Source of the DNA: an uncultured Glaciecola sp.
Lineage (GTDB): Bacteria > Pseudomonadota > Gammaproteobacteria > Enterobacterales > Alteromonadaceae
NCBI GenBank assembly: GCA_964643575.1
Contig: CAZXTD010000004.1
Coordinates: 2,016-66,015 of the forward strand
DNA: 64,000 nucleotides
Direction of reading: 5' to 3'
Positions 42,847-53,835 of this stretch are shown here, one piece after another. Position 1 is the first letter of the stretch; every line of letters starts with the position of its first letter. Position numbers and translations under genes: made by a program. Under the pieces are notes generated by a model. It saw nothing but the letters and a program-made list of their open reading frames with translations, had not been told where the DNA came from and did not search any database.

Positions 42847-44076
42847 TTATGTAAATGTTGCTTTCATACCATCTGCCCAGGCTACTGATTTGTAGTACAT
42901 CGAAAATAGCTCGGGTTGCTCAATGCTGTTCTCATTGGCTAGTTTATCGATGGTTTCCCAGTCAGCGCGCTCAAAAGCGATGCAAAGTTGGTGTTGTTGT
43001 GCAAATAAACCCTTTGTGTTTTGTTGACACAACACTGCTTTAATCTCTTCAGAGAAGGGCAGGCTCTTCATGATTTCGGGCATAGGTTTATCGAGTAGTG
43101 CATCTATTAATGAAAACAAGCCCAGTAAAAAACCATGGGGCGGATCTTCTTTTTGTTTCATGGCAATGCCTAGCAGTTTACAAAAGTGCGCTCTTGCTAG
43201 GCTCGTTAAAATCAAGTCTAAGGGCTTGTTACCTTTTAGATTGGCAATGGCAAGTAAGGCAATAAATTTCTTTAGCTCAACTTGCCCTAAGTATTTTAGT
43301 GCATGAGCCAAGGTATCTATTTTTTGGCGTTTGTTGAATAACGGGTTATTAATGAATCGCATTAATTTAAACGATAAACCAACGTCTTTTTCAAACACCG
43401 TGTTGACCTTTTTGAGATCAAACTCTTTTGATACGCTAATGCCGACTAATTCCACGATTGAGCTTACTGATACTTCTATATTTTTATGTTTGACCATCTC
43501 AGGCCTTGATAAAAAGTAACCTTGAAAATAATGGAAACCCATTTCTTTGAGATCTTCATATTCTTCAATGGTTTCGACTTTTTCGGCGATAAGTGTTTTA
43601 CCCTGTTTCTTAAATTCGAATATGCGCTTCATTATAGCGGGGTTGTTCTTATCAATCGCATCAACTTCTAGCTTGATATAGCTCACTAAAGGCATTAAGA
43701 CTTCCCAATGCGGCGCAAAATCGTAGTCATCTAGCGCAATTTTATAGCCCAAATTAGTGATGTGTTCGCAAGCAGCAATGAGTTCAGGGTTTACTTCAAC
43801 GGTTTCGACAATTTCTATAACGACATTAAGCGGATCGAGAGTTGAAGGAAATCGATATAATAAGGTGTCTTGATGAAAATTGATGAATGCGGGCTTATTC
43901 ATCGTGATGTTTTCAACACCAATCGATAAATGGCTGCCGGCTAGCATTGAGCTGGTGGCTTCGTCGGGAGAAATGTCGGGAAAACAATTTTGCACGCCAT
44001 CACGAAACAGTAATTCGTATGCGAAAACGCGTTTTTTGGTATCGTAAATGGCTTGCCTAGCTACGTATGCAAACAT
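42847..44076 (-). CDS. EAL plus HDOD domain protein (CdgJ/YuxH-like)
   Basis: ARQAIYD, AYELLFR, IEIVE, ALDD, AEKVET, FQGY, then HDOD. Confidence 0.9.
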   Translation of the reverse strand: MFAYVARQAIYDTKKRVFAYELLFRDGVQNCFPDISPDEATSSMLAGSHLSIGVENITMNKPAFINFHQDTLLYRFPSTLDPLNVVIEIVETVEVNPELIAACEHITNLGYKIALDDYDFAPHWEVLMPLVSYIKLEVDAIDKNNPAIMKRIFEFKKQGKTLIAEKVETIEEYEDLKEMGFHYFQGYFLSRPEMVKHKNIEVSVSSIVELVGISVSKEFDLKKVNTVFEKDVGLSFKLMRFINNPLFNKRQKIDTLAHALKYLGQVELKKFIALLAIANLKGNKPLDLILTSLARAHFCKLLGIAMKQKEDPPHGFLLGLFSLIDALLDKPMPEIMKSLPFSEEIKAVLCQQNTKGLFAQQHQLCIAFERADWETIDKLANENSIEQPELFSMYYKSVAWADGMKATFT

Positions 44077-44556
44077 TGGTATCCTTATTTAATAAAGCAT
44101 TACTTGAGCTGTTGCTCAAGCTGGAAAAACTCATTTGTAGACTTTTTTTGCCCATCAATCGTCTTGTGTACGCAAGAAGTCAAAATACTCTGTCCGAGGA
44201 CCCTAAATGATTAAATTCTGATTATCAGATACTTATCGGTAAAAACATGAAAAAGTTTATGTTTGATAGCGTTTAATACTTGAATTATTTTGCTTAGGCC
44301 TTATATTTCATGCATTAGTTTATTTTAAAATTAATGCGAATTGAAACACGGCTATATGCCTTCACCAAAAAACTGAAATTTTTCTAGTGAACGCAAGGTC
44401 TTATTTAGTGTCTATGTAGTATAAACAATAAATAGGTGTAGCAAGATTACACAGTGGCTAGCAAGTAAAACTAAAAAATTATGAGTGTTAGCCGACTAAA
44501 CCAAATAGCAATTAAATGTGTAATTTATTTTCATCGCATAGTTTAAAGAGGTAAGA

Positions 44557-45414
44557 ATGAAAAAAGATATTCCATCTTTGGCATTAGCTGTCTCATCACA
44601 CAATGGTAGCATCGAAAGCTATGTCCAAGCTGTGTCGGGCATCGACATGCTTTCTGCAGAAGAAGAGAAAAGCTTAGCGACTCGTTTATTTGAAAATGAA
44701 GATCTCGAGGCCGCACGCGCATTAGTTATGTCTCATCTTCGCTTTGTTGTGCACATTGCTAAGTCATATTCTGGTTATGGCTTACCCCAAGCCGATTTGA
44801 TTCAGGAAGGGAATATTGGCTTGATGAAAGCGGTTAAGCGCTTTGATCCTAACGTAGGCGTTAGATTAGTGTCGTTCGCTGTGCATTGGATAAAAGCTGA
44901 AATTCATGAGTTTGTACTTAAAAACTGGCGCATAGTAAAAGTAGCCACGACCAAAGCGCAACGTAAGTTATTCTTTAACCTACGTAAAGCTAAGAAGCGC
45001 TTGGGTTGGTTTACTCACGAAGAAGTGCAAAAAGTGGCTGAAGACTTAGGTGTAAGCACAAAAGAAGTCTTGCAAATGGAGTCTCGCATGGCAAGCCACG
45101 ATACTGCTTTTGATCTGGGTAATGATGACGACGAGTCAGCTACTTTTAGTCCAGCGCAATACTTAGAAGACAAAACGACAGACGTTGAAATGTCTGTGAT
45201 TAATTCAGATATGGACGCGAGCGCCGCTAAGCGTCTATATTCTGCGATTAAAACGCTAGACGATCGTAGCCAGCATATTATCGAAACACGCTGGTTAGCC
45301 GACGACAAGCTGACGCTTCAAGACTTAGCGAATGAGTATGACGTATCTGCTGAGCGGGTTCGTCAAATAGAAAAGAACGCAATGAAGAAACTGCAAGCGG
45401 CGATGGTTGCTTAA
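44557..45414 (+). CDS. rpoH: RNA polymerase sigma-32 factor
   Basis: [19 protein letters not shown], RpoH box [19 protein letters not shown]. Confidence 0.98.
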   Translation: MKKDIPSLALAVSSHNGSIESYVQAVSGIDMLSAEEEKSLATRLFENEDLEAARALVMSHLRFVVHIAKSYSGYGLPQADLIQEGNIGLMKAVKRFDPNVGVRLVSFAVHWIKAEIHEFVLKNWRIVKVATTKAQRKLFFNLRKAKKRLGWFTHEEVQKVAEDLGVSTKEVLQMESRMASHDTAFDLGNDDDESATFSPAQYLEDKTTDVEMSVINSDMDASAAKRLYSAIKTLDDRSQHIIETRWLADDKLTLQDLANEYDVSAERVRQIEKNAMKKLQAAMVA

Positions 45415-45433
45415 TTAAATTTTCTGTTGATCG

Positions 45434-45460
45434 AAAAAAGCCGCTCTAGCGGCTTTTTTT
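45434..45460. terminator. Bidirectional rho-independent terminator
   Basis: AAAAAAGCCGC-TCTA-GCGGCTTTTTTT between convergent rpoH and yiiD. Confidence 0.9.
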
Positions 45461-46370
45461 ATGTCTTTTTATAACTAACCGGCAAAATCCAATACTGCGC
45501 AGTAAAGTCGGCAACGGCTTGCTCACCGTCGTAAATTTCGACATTGAGTGACGCTGGGCATTTTTTGCCTTGTTGTAAAAACTTAAACTTAGCACGTACC
45601 GTTTCAATATTACATATTGCTCTAGGGCGCATAGTTACTGGCTTATGATAATGAATACTTGCATCGCCTAATACAATCTCACCTTGCAAACCCTTTTGTT
45701 TAAGCTGTAAAAACAACATACCCCAGCCAGTGAGCGTGGCCAACGAATAAATACTGCCCGCAAACATAGTGCCATGCAGATTAATATTTTTATTGAGTGA
45801 CGCGCGAGTTTCGATAGTGCGCTCTGTATATTGATAAAGCTTGATACCCATGTGCTCGGTAATAGGAATTTGCTCATGCCATGTAACTTGTAACTCTTGG
45901 CACCATTTAGGATGCAAGATTAAAGCGTTATTATTTACCAATACTTTAAGCATTTGCTTTCTTTTAACTTTACCGAGATCATCAGGTGCATTATCTACTA
46001 CTTCGTAACCACCCGCTTGGAAGAATTCGATAGAAGTTTCTCGAGAGTTAGTAACTGCTCGCTCTGCGCCCAGATCTCGAGCGACTTGTTCTAGTGCTGC
46101 TAAGATACGATGGCCCACACCTAAGCGCCGATGCTTGTTACTTACGGCAATATGCCTAATTTGTGCTTCTTCTGATGTATTAAGATGCACTCGGCCACAG
46201 GCAACAATTTGGCCATTGGCACTTTTAAGTACTCTATGCTCGCTTACCTTTTCGTACTCATCTTTTTCCGAACCTTCTGGGTAGCCGTAAGGCTCTCGCA
46301 GCCATTGCCACCTAAAGTGGAAATACTCGTTAAGATCCTGCTCGGTTTTAGGAATAAAAATAGAATACAA
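45459..46370 (-). CDS. yiiD: Bifunctional GNAT / hotdog-thioesterase protein (YiiD/FabY-like)
   Basis: N-terminal GNAT (QIRHIAV...GVG), C-terminal IP...MG...NLHGTMFAGS hotdog domain; downstream of dtd. Confidence 0.85.
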   Translation of the reverse strand: MYSIFIPKTEQDLNEYFHFRWQWLREPYGYPEGSEKDEYEKVSEHRVLKSANGQIVACGRVHLNTSEEAQIRHIAVSNKHRRLGVGHRILAALEQVARDLGAERAVTNSRETSIEFFQAGGYEVVDNAPDDLGKVKRKQMLKVLVNNNALILHPKWCQELQVTWHEQIPITEHMGIKLYQYTERTIETRASLNKNINLHGTMFAGSIYSLATLTGWGMLFLQLKQKGLQGEIVLGDASIHYHKPVTMRPRAICNIETVRAKFKFLQQGKKCPASLNVEIYDGEQAVADFTAQYWILPVSYKKT

Positions 46371-46409
46371 AGCGTGTCCTCTGCTTGAGATATAAAGACT
46401 ACTATGTCT

Positions 46410-46859
46410 TTAGACTTGAATGATGAAAGTAGCTGGGCCGTCATTTACCAATGCGACTTGCATATTAGCACCAAACTGGCCTTGTTGACATGTACCATGG
46501 TATTGCTGGTAATGGGCAATAAATTCGAGATACAGTTTTTCTCCAATCTCTGGCGGGGCAGCTTGGCTAAAACCTGGGCGGTTACCTTTGCGGGTATCGG
46601 CGGCAAGAGTAAATTGAGAAATAACTAAAAGCTCGCCGTTAATATCACTCAAGCTATTGTTCATTTTGCCTTGAGAGTCTTCAAAAATTCTAATATTGGC
46701 GACCTTTTTGGCGAGTGACGCTACCTGTTCGCTTGTATCACCTTTTTCAGCGCACAGTAACAATAACACGCCATTTTGAATATTCCCGAGTGTTGTTGAA
46801 TTGACTGTTACAGATGCTTGGCTAACACGTTGTATTAAACCTATCAATGTATCCTCCAA
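46410..46859 (-). CDS. dtd: D-aminoacyl-tRNA deacylase
   Basis: IQRVSQASV, LVISQFTLAADTRKGNRPGF, FGANMQVALVNDGP. Confidence 0.97.
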   Translation of the reverse strand: MEDTLIGLIQRVSQASVTVNSTTLGNIQNGVLLLLCAEKGDTSEQVASLAKKVANIRIFEDSQGKMNNSLSDINGELLVISQFTLAADTRKGNRPGFSQAAPPEIGEKLYLEFIAHYQQYHGTCQQGQFGANMQVALVNDGPATFIIQV

Positions 46860-46930
46860 TATTCGATTTGTAGTGTTTCACTGTGCAGTGTTTTATGTGT
46901 GATGCCCTTGTAATGCCAGCACTAGCAGCA

Positions 46931-47875
46931 CTAAATTAGACTGTTCGAGAAATAATTGAGCGACTTTACCAAGGCTGTACTTACGCCTTCTTCGTTCATA
47001 CTATGACCGGCATCTGGCACGATGCAAAGGCTCGATGCCGGCAAATGCTCATGTAACGCCACGGCAGACTCGCACTTGCATACCATGTCGTATCGCCCGT
47101 GCACAATATGTGTTGGAATGTGCGCAATGAGTTCTGCATTGTTTAGTATATGATTGTCAGATATAAAGCACTGATTTAAAACATAAAAACACTCCATTAA
47201 CGCTAAGCTATATACTTGCTGAATGCTGGCAAGCTCACTCGATTTTTGCTCTGTGAGTATCAGTTTTGAAATACTGCCTTCCCAGTTGAACCAGCGGGTA
47301 GCAGCTTGGTTTCTAATACTTTCGTCATCACTTGTTAGGTCGGCATAAAATGCTTTGCAAAGTGATTGAGTACTGCTGTTGTCGTATCCATCTACAAACT
47401 GTTTATAATGCGCATGATAAACCTGAGAGGCGCCGCCTGTAGGCGATAAAAACCAGTCTGCGTCTTCTGGCCGGCCCAAGAAGATGCCACGTAATATCAT
47501 TGCAGATACATGCTGTGGTTGAGCAATGGCGTAACAAAGTGCCAGCGTAGAACCCCACGACCCACCAAACAAAAGCCATTTGTCGATACCAAAAAAGCTG
47601 CGTATTAGCTCGATATCTTCTATTAGCGTTTGCGTTGTATTATTTTGTAAAGAGCCGAAAGGTTGTGAGCGGCCGCAACCTCTCTGATCAAAGGCAATTA
47701 ACCGATAATTACCGCCAGCAAATGGCCATTGATAATTTTGACCAATACCAGCGCCAGGGCCACCGTGCAAAAACAAAGCAGGAATACCGTCGCTATTGCC
47801 TGATTCTTCTACATACAAATCGTGACCGTCGGGTGTCGATATTTTGTAAGACTTAGTCGCTTTGAATCCATCCAC
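46931..47875 (-). CDS. pip: Proline iminopeptidase (S33)
   Basis: LHGGPG, DQRGCGRS, FGGSWGSTL, LRGIF, VHGRYD, AGHS. Confidence 0.93.
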   Translation of the reverse strand: MDGFKATKSYKISTPDGHDLYVEESGNSDGIPALFLHGGPGAGIGQNYQWPFAGGNYRLIAFDQRGCGRSQPFGSLQNNTTQTLIEDIELIRSFFGIDKWLLFGGSWGSTLALCYAIAQPQHVSAMILRGIFLGRPEDADWFLSPTGGASQVYHAHYKQFVDGYDNSSTQSLCKAFYADLTSDDESIRNQAATRWFNWEGSISKLILTEQKSSELASIQQVYSLALMECFYVLNQCFISDNHILNNAELIAHIPTHIVHGRYDMVCKCESAVALHEHLPASSLCIVPDAGHSMNEEGVSTALVKSLNYFSNSLI

Positions 47876-47986
47876 TATTTGTATCCTTTTGGGTCGATTA
47901 CTTTTCTTTAAGACTATATACTGAGTTATGCGATAAATGCTACTGGCGATTAGTCTGAGTATTTATTAATCTAGATATAGATACGT

Positions 47987-48008
47987 ATCAACCTTGATTA
48001 AGGTTGAT
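47987..48008. promoter_or_regulatory. Perfect 9-bp inverted repeat, candidate operator
   Basis: ATCAACCTT-GATT-AAGGTTGAT in the divergent promoter region. Confidence 0.45.
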
Positions 48009-48039
48009 TGAAACCAAAACAATAAAAAAAGGGGTTTGT

Positions 48040-48267
48040 ATGTCGGGTCAAGGATCTGGCGGCAATGTGATTGCTGCTTTATGTAATATATTTTTTCCGG
48101 GCTTAGGCCAATTGGTACAAGGTCGAATTTTAGCAGCGATAATATTTTTTGTGATTGTAGCCGTGGGTTATGCAACATGGTTTTTAATCATTCCTCCAAT
48201 TATTGGCGGCTTAGTGCATCTTTGGTCAATCATTGACGCTGCGCGTTATAAAAGCTCAAGTTATTAA
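48040..48267 (+). CDS. Small membrane protein with two TM helices
   Basis: IFFPGLGQLVQGR...LWSIIDAA (PGLGQ motif); start moved to ATG 48040. Confidence 0.75.
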   Translation: MSGQGSGGNVIAALCNIFFPGLGQLVQGRILAAIIFFVIVAVGYATWFLIIPPIIGGLVHLWSIIDAARYKSSSY

Positions 48268-48372
48268 AAGTGAAGACTTAACTCAATCTGAATAGACTAT
48301 AAATAAGCGGTAGTCGGCTTGTTGCGCACCTTTATGTAACCGGCTCGTGTTAAACCGCACAAAGGAGAATGT

Positions 48373-49068
48373 ATGAAAGGTAAAACGCCCGCAGTAGTAT
48401 CGAAAAAGTCATTTTTATTACGCTGTGTTTTTATTGTTGCTGCTTTTATAACGCTAAACGGATGTGCATCGGCAGTTCAAGACGCTTATTTCGATTTGTG
48501 GGAAAAAGTCGGGGTTGAAAAGCGTGAAATACTCGTTGACCGTGTTGAAGACGCTCAAGAAACCCAAGAAGAAGCTCAGCAAGAGTTTGCCAGTGCTTTA
48601 GAAGAATTCAGCGCCTTAATTAACTTTGATGGCGGCGACCTTGAAGACTACTACGAGTCGTTAAACGATAAATATGAATCTGCCCAAGACAGCGCAGACG
48701 CCGTATCTTCGCGCATCGACAAAGTACAAAGCGTTGCACAATCGTTGTTTAGAGAGTGGGAGTCGGAGCTTGAGATGATAACTAACGAAAACCTCAAACG
48801 CGACAGCCGCAACAAGCTTAAAACAACACAGCGTAAATACGACGATTTACTTCGCTCAATGCGCCGCGTAGAAAGCAGCATGCCACCCGTGCTGAGTGCT
48901 CTACAAGATAACGTCTTGTATTTAAAGCATAACCTCAATGCCAACGCCATTGGCGCTTTACAGGGTGAGTTTTCGACCATCAAAAAAGATGTCAATACGC
49001 TCATCGGCGAAATGAATAGCGCTATTACGCAGTCAAATGCCTTTATAAAGGACTTGCAAGCTCAATAA
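48373..49068 (+). CDS. Coiled-coil lipoprotein (DUF2959-like)
   Basis: Lipobox LNG|C, EKREILVDRVEDA, LYLKHNLNA.AI. Confidence 0.82.
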   Translation: MKGKTPAVVSKKSFLLRCVFIVAAFITLNGCASAVQDAYFDLWEKVGVEKREILVDRVEDAQETQEEAQQEFASALEEFSALINFDGGDLEDYYESLNDKYESAQDSADAVSSRIDKVQSVAQSLFREWESELEMITNENLKRDSRNKLKTTQRKYDDLLRSMRRVESSMPPVLSALQDNVLYLKHNLNANAIGALQGEFSTIKKDVNTLIGEMNSAITQSNAFIKDLQAQ

Positions 49069-49100
49069 TTATCATTATCTAGGAGCTAATTTTATGGAAT

Positions 49101-49122
49101 GTAAGCGCTTGTTAGCGCTTAC
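49101..49122. terminator. Hairpin between convergent genes, overlapping the metJ stop
   Basis: GTAAGCGCT-TGTT-AGCGCTTAC; no strong U-tract. Confidence 0.5.
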
Positions 49123-49442
49123 TCTTCACTTTCCACTTTTGCTACATCAATCCCCATTTCTTCCATAATATTGCGCGCTTCTTTAGGAATACGGAAAGTG
49201 TTGTCTTTTTTGAGGTCTTGGTCGTTGGGTAGCGGCTGGCCGGTAAAGGCGTGCAAAAACGCTTCACATAATAATTCTGAGTTAGTGGCATGACGCAAGT
49301 TATTCACTTGTCTGCGTGTGCGTTCGTCGGTGAGCACTTTTAGCACGTTAATAGGAATAGACACAGTGACTTTTTTAACTTGTTCACTCTTTTTCCCGTG
49401 TTCTGCGTAAGGATGTATGTACTCGCCGTTCCATTTAGCCAT
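49119..49442 (-). CDS. metJ: Methionine repressor
   Basis: [30 protein letters not shown]...[23 protein letters not shown]. Confidence 0.99.
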   Translation of the reverse strand: MAKWNGEYIHPYAEHGKKSEQVKKVTVSIPINVLKVLTDERTRRQVNNLRHATNSELLCEAFLHAFTGQPLPNDQDLKKDNTFRIPKEARNIMEEMGIDVAKVESEE

Positions 49443-49510
49443 TAGCTTTATCTTATTATTGTGTGGTGTGAATAGTGAAAGTCTACTGTTTATCTGGAAA
49501 AGGTCAATCT

Positions 49511-50468
<958 letters not shown>

Positions 50469-50540
50469 TGGCCTTGTCTGAAAAACGTTGATTATTTTGT
50501 TATCATAACGCCACTTGAATAACCTTAGCTGGGATGGGCG

Positions 50541-51524
50541 TTGAAACAATCAAATAATCTAAGCGGCACTTTGCAAGGCTATGTAAAAGCGAAATATCCT
50601 TTGCTTAAAGACATTGCTGCCAATTTCTGGAGCGACATCAAAAAAGAGCGAATTACTGTTTCGGCAGGCCATCTTGCCTATGTCAGTTTATTATCGCTTG
50701 TGCCGGTGATCATGGTGTTTTTTATGGTCATGTCTGCTTTTCCTGCCTTTTCTGAAGCACGCAATGATTTTCAGCAGTTTATTTTCAACAACTTCGTGCC
50801 GCATGCCGGCGACGTCGTCGAAAAATACATGACGGAATTTGTCAGCAATGCGTCTGGCATGACCGCCACTAGTATTGGCGTTTTGCTGGTGGTTGCCTTA
50901 ATTCTAATTTCGAATATCGACAAAACCTTTAATTATTTATGGAAGACAAAGGTACAGCGTCCGGTTATCTTCACCTTTGCCATATACTGGATGGTGATTA
51001 CTTTAGGCCCTTTACTAATAGGCATGAGTATAGCCGTAAGCTCATATTTAAACGGCTTGGCAACCTTTGCAGACGATTACACGCCAGGCTTTGGAACCGC
51101 ATTTTTAGCGCTTGTACCTTGGGCTTCTGCTATTGGCGCATTTATGCTCTTGTACATGATAGTGCCAAATAGAACCGTGAAGGCGAAATATGCTTTTTTT
51201 GGTGCGCTGTTTGCGGCGATATTATTTGAACTTACCAAACAAGGCTTTGGCTTATACATTACTAACTTTCCTTCTTACCAAGTGATTTATGGCGCGCTAG
51301 CGGTTATCCCTATTTTATTTGTGTGGGTGTATTTATCTTGGATTGTTGTATTAATGGGTGCAGTATTTACATACAGCGTCACAATGACTTGCGAGGCAAA
51401 AGATGCCGCCGAAATAGCGGAAGATGAAGCGAAAGAGGCCCATAAAGACGCGAAAGAAGCCGAAACTAAGGTAGCCGAAACTAAAACATCCGAAAAGAAG
51501 ACAGGGGAGGCTGACGCAGCCTAG
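50541..51524 (+). CDS. yihY: YihY/virulence factor BrkB family membrane protein
   Basis: AGHLAYVSLLSLVP, YQVIYGALAVIPILFVWVYLSW. Confidence 0.88.
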   Translation: MKQSNNLSGTLQGYVKAKYPLLKDIAANFWSDIKKERITVSAGHLAYVSLLSLVPVIMVFFMVMSAFPAFSEARNDFQQFIFNNFVPHAGDVVEKYMTEFVSNASGMTATSIGVLLVVALILISNIDKTFNYLWKTKVQRPVIFTFAIYWMVITLGPLLIGMSIAVSSYLNGLATFADDYTPGFGTAFLALVPWASAIGAFMLLYMIVPNRTVKAKYAFFGALFAAILFELTKQGFGLYITNFPSYQVIYGALAVIPILFVWVYLSWIVVLMGAVFTYSVTMTCEAKDAAEIAEDEAKEAHKDAKEAETKVAETKTSEKKTGEADAA

Positions 51525-52876
51525 AACTTTTGCTTGAGCGCTTCAAACAAATACATCCCTCTTAATGCACTTCGACGCAAAAAAGGAAGGGGAAATCGTT
51601 TCAAGGGCGATTCAAAGTAAGGAAGGTTAGGTAAAGACTCGGGCTCACATAGCAATTGTGCCAAACGCTCACCAGCTTGAATCGAAAAGGCTAAGCCGGC
51701 ACCACAATACCCGCCGCTATAAAGCGTATTTTCCTGTTTTTGATGATAAATACGTGGATAGTTGTCTAAAGAAATACTCACCCAGCCGCTCCAAAAATAA
51801 TTTACTGCAATAGGCGCAAGTTGAGGAAAGGTAGATAGCAAGCCTGCAAGTAAGGCTTTTTGTTGCTTAGGAGCGTTTGCGTTATTGCCACTGACTTTAC
51901 CACGCCCTCCAAACAGCAAACGATTATCTGGTAACAATCGGTAATAATATTTGAGCGGGCGCGTATCCATGACCATTAAATTGCTGTGCATACCAATTGC
52001 TTCAAGTTGTTTATTTGTGAGTACATCAGTGACCAATACACTTGATAATACCGGGAACATCCTGTTTTTTAGTAAAGGACTCTGCCTCTTAGGAAGATAA
52101 GCATTAGTTGCCCAAATGAGGTGTTTTGCCCTTATTAGTCCTGTGTTTGTTTGTATGTGATGAATCTTATTTTGTCTAAAATGCGACAATAAGGCTGTAT
52201 TGCCATAAATTGAAGCACCTGCACCAACTGCTAATTGTGCGAGCCCTTGACACAACAGCCACGGATTAATGCCAAAGGCTTTTGGATAATACACCCCACC
52301 AAAGGATTCAGTACCGGCCAAATATTGATGTTTGATTTGCTGTGCCGATACCGGTATTGCAGCGTCACCAAATTCATCTGACAACACATTTGCTTGCGCA
52401 TGAAGGCCAGCCAAAAGTGATTTTTTATGCGCTATTTTTAAGTATCCGCCTTTTGCAACTTCGCAGTCTATTTTGTGTTTTTCATTAATGTTAGCTGCAA
52501 TTTCAGCGACGTTGTCTACTGATTTTAAATAGTCGCTGTAAATGGCTTGGGCAGCATTTTTGCCCCATTTATTGATCATTTGAGCAACACTTAGCCGACC
52601 TGTGCCAGGTAAGACAAAGCCGCCGTTTCGACCGCTGCAAGCCCATCCAGGCTGATTGGCTTCGATCACGGTGCAATTTACATTGTAGGTTTTTGACAAG
52701 TGCAATGCTGCCGACAAACCAGTATAACCGCCGCCGACAATGGCAACATCTGTGTTGACATCTTGCCGTAGTGAAGGAAATTTTTGCACCGTGTCGCGTT
52801 TTGTCGCTGCCCAAACACTATCAGGCGCTCCTTGATTGATTGGAATGGTTTGTTCAACAAGTGGGTCGTACATCAA
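51521..52876 (-). CDS. FAD-dependent oxidoreductase (PuuB/DadA-like)
   Basis: VAIVGGGYTGLSAA, CSGRNGGF, ATNAY, LFGGRG, GYCGAGL. Confidence 0.85.
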   Translation of the reverse strand: MMYDPLVEQTIPINQGAPDSVWAATKRDTVQKFPSLRQDVNTDVAIVGGGYTGLSAALHLSKTYNVNCTVIEANQPGWACSGRNGGFVLPGTGRLSVAQMINKWGKNAAQAIYSDYLKSVDNVAEIAANINEKHKIDCEVAKGGYLKIAHKKSLLAGLHAQANVLSDEFGDAAIPVSAQQIKHQYLAGTESFGGVYYPKAFGINPWLLCQGLAQLAVGAGASIYGNTALLSHFRQNKIHHIQTNTGLIRAKHLIWATNAYLPKRQSPLLKNRMFPVLSSVLVTDVLTNKQLEAIGMHSNLMVMDTRPLKYYYRLLPDNRLLFGGRGKVSGNNANAPKQQKALLAGLLSTFPQLAPIAVNYFWSGWVSISLDNYPRIYHQKQENTLYSGGYCGAGLAFSIQAGERLAQLLCEPESLPNLPYFESPLKRFPLPFLRRSALRGMYLFEALKQKF

Positions 52877-53500
52877 TTATGCCGTGTTAGGAAAGGTCAA
52901 CAACATCTCGGCTGCAGTGCATTTACATAAGTCACCACAAATGGGGCAATCGTAATTGTCTTCAATACTGAGCATTTGCCACTTGTTTGCGTGCTCTTTC
53001 ACTAATTTGCCACCACACGCACTAAAGTAAGCAAATGCTGAGTTGTTGGGGCTTGCCAACCATATATGCGCAAGCCCAGCTTGCGCGCCTTGTCTAGCTG
53101 CATTTTTTATAGAGTGCTGAAGGAGTGTTTTACCAATGCCAAGACCTCTATAGTTTTCGTTAACGGTATTACATTTAAAGTAACATACCTGGTTTGTTGG
53201 CACTTCCCAATGTTTGGGGCTACACCATTTATCCACTTGCCAGTTATTAGCAGCATAGGTGAGCCTAAAGCCGACTAGCGCGCCTGTTTGTGTTTTTTGC
53301 TGTATAGCAATATCGGGATACTTGTTTGTATAGTCGGTGTCAATGGCGACCCAACTTGCATTAATATCGTTTTGCCAGCTTTTTTCATAAATAGATTCAA
53401 TGCTATTTGCGTCGAGATAATTGTCGCCATGCACGGTGTTACCCAAATCAACGATTGCCGAGAAATGTTCGGGTGCAAGTGCTTCATATAAGATTGTCAT
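52877..53500 (-). CDS. GNAT-family N-acetyltransferase
   Basis: YRGLGIGKTLL acetyl-CoA motif A; C-terminal CPICGDLCKC. Confidence 0.85.
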   Translation of the reverse strand: MTILYEALAPEHFSAIVDLGNTVHGDNYLDANSIESIYEKSWQNDINASWVAIDTDYTNKYPDIAIQQKTQTGALVGFRLTYAANNWQVDKWCSPKHWEVPTNQVCYFKCNTVNENYRGLGIGKTLLQHSIKNAARQGAQAGLAHIWLASPNNSAFAYFSACGGKLVKEHANKWQMLSIEDNYDCPICGDLCKCTAAEMLLTFPNTA

Positions 53501-53677
53501 AAAATACCGAGTTTGTGTGCGAGTATCACTACTACACCCTATAGTAACCGTGTTGAGTATAAAACTCGAAAAAATCTAGTTTTTTCTTAATTTAAGTTGT
53601 TTTTGGTCGTCAGTTCTTTACTGCGTTTCTTTTTCCTTACTTTCAAAAAAAATTTTAAGTTTTAAATTTCGCGCAAA

Positions 53678-53691
53678 TGTAAGCGGTTACA
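53678..53691. promoter_or_regulatory. LacI-family operator-like palindrome
   Basis: TGTAAGCGGTTACA, near-palindrome with a central CG, upstream of the PEP-CTERM/GH16 pair. Confidence 0.65.
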
Positions 53692-53835
53692 CGCCTGCAG
53701 CTGTGCGGCCAAAAAATTTTGAAAATGAGATGTGTTTTTAATGTTGCATAATTGTAAATTGGAATTTAGATTAATAGATTATTCGATAAATGCCTTGCTA
53801 AAAAAAGGCTAAAAAATACACATACGGAGAAAAAA

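Noticed and set aside
44388-44414. Possible sigmaE promoter for rpoH (GAACGC-N16-TCTAT)
   Set aside because: Poor match to GAACTT/TCTRA; could be chance
51425-51524. Micro-duplications in the YihY C-terminal tail (GCCGAAACTAA x2), and likewise VSAS x2 in the S9 signal peptide at 57684-57704
   Set aside because: In-frame slippage in low-constraint regions with no evident function
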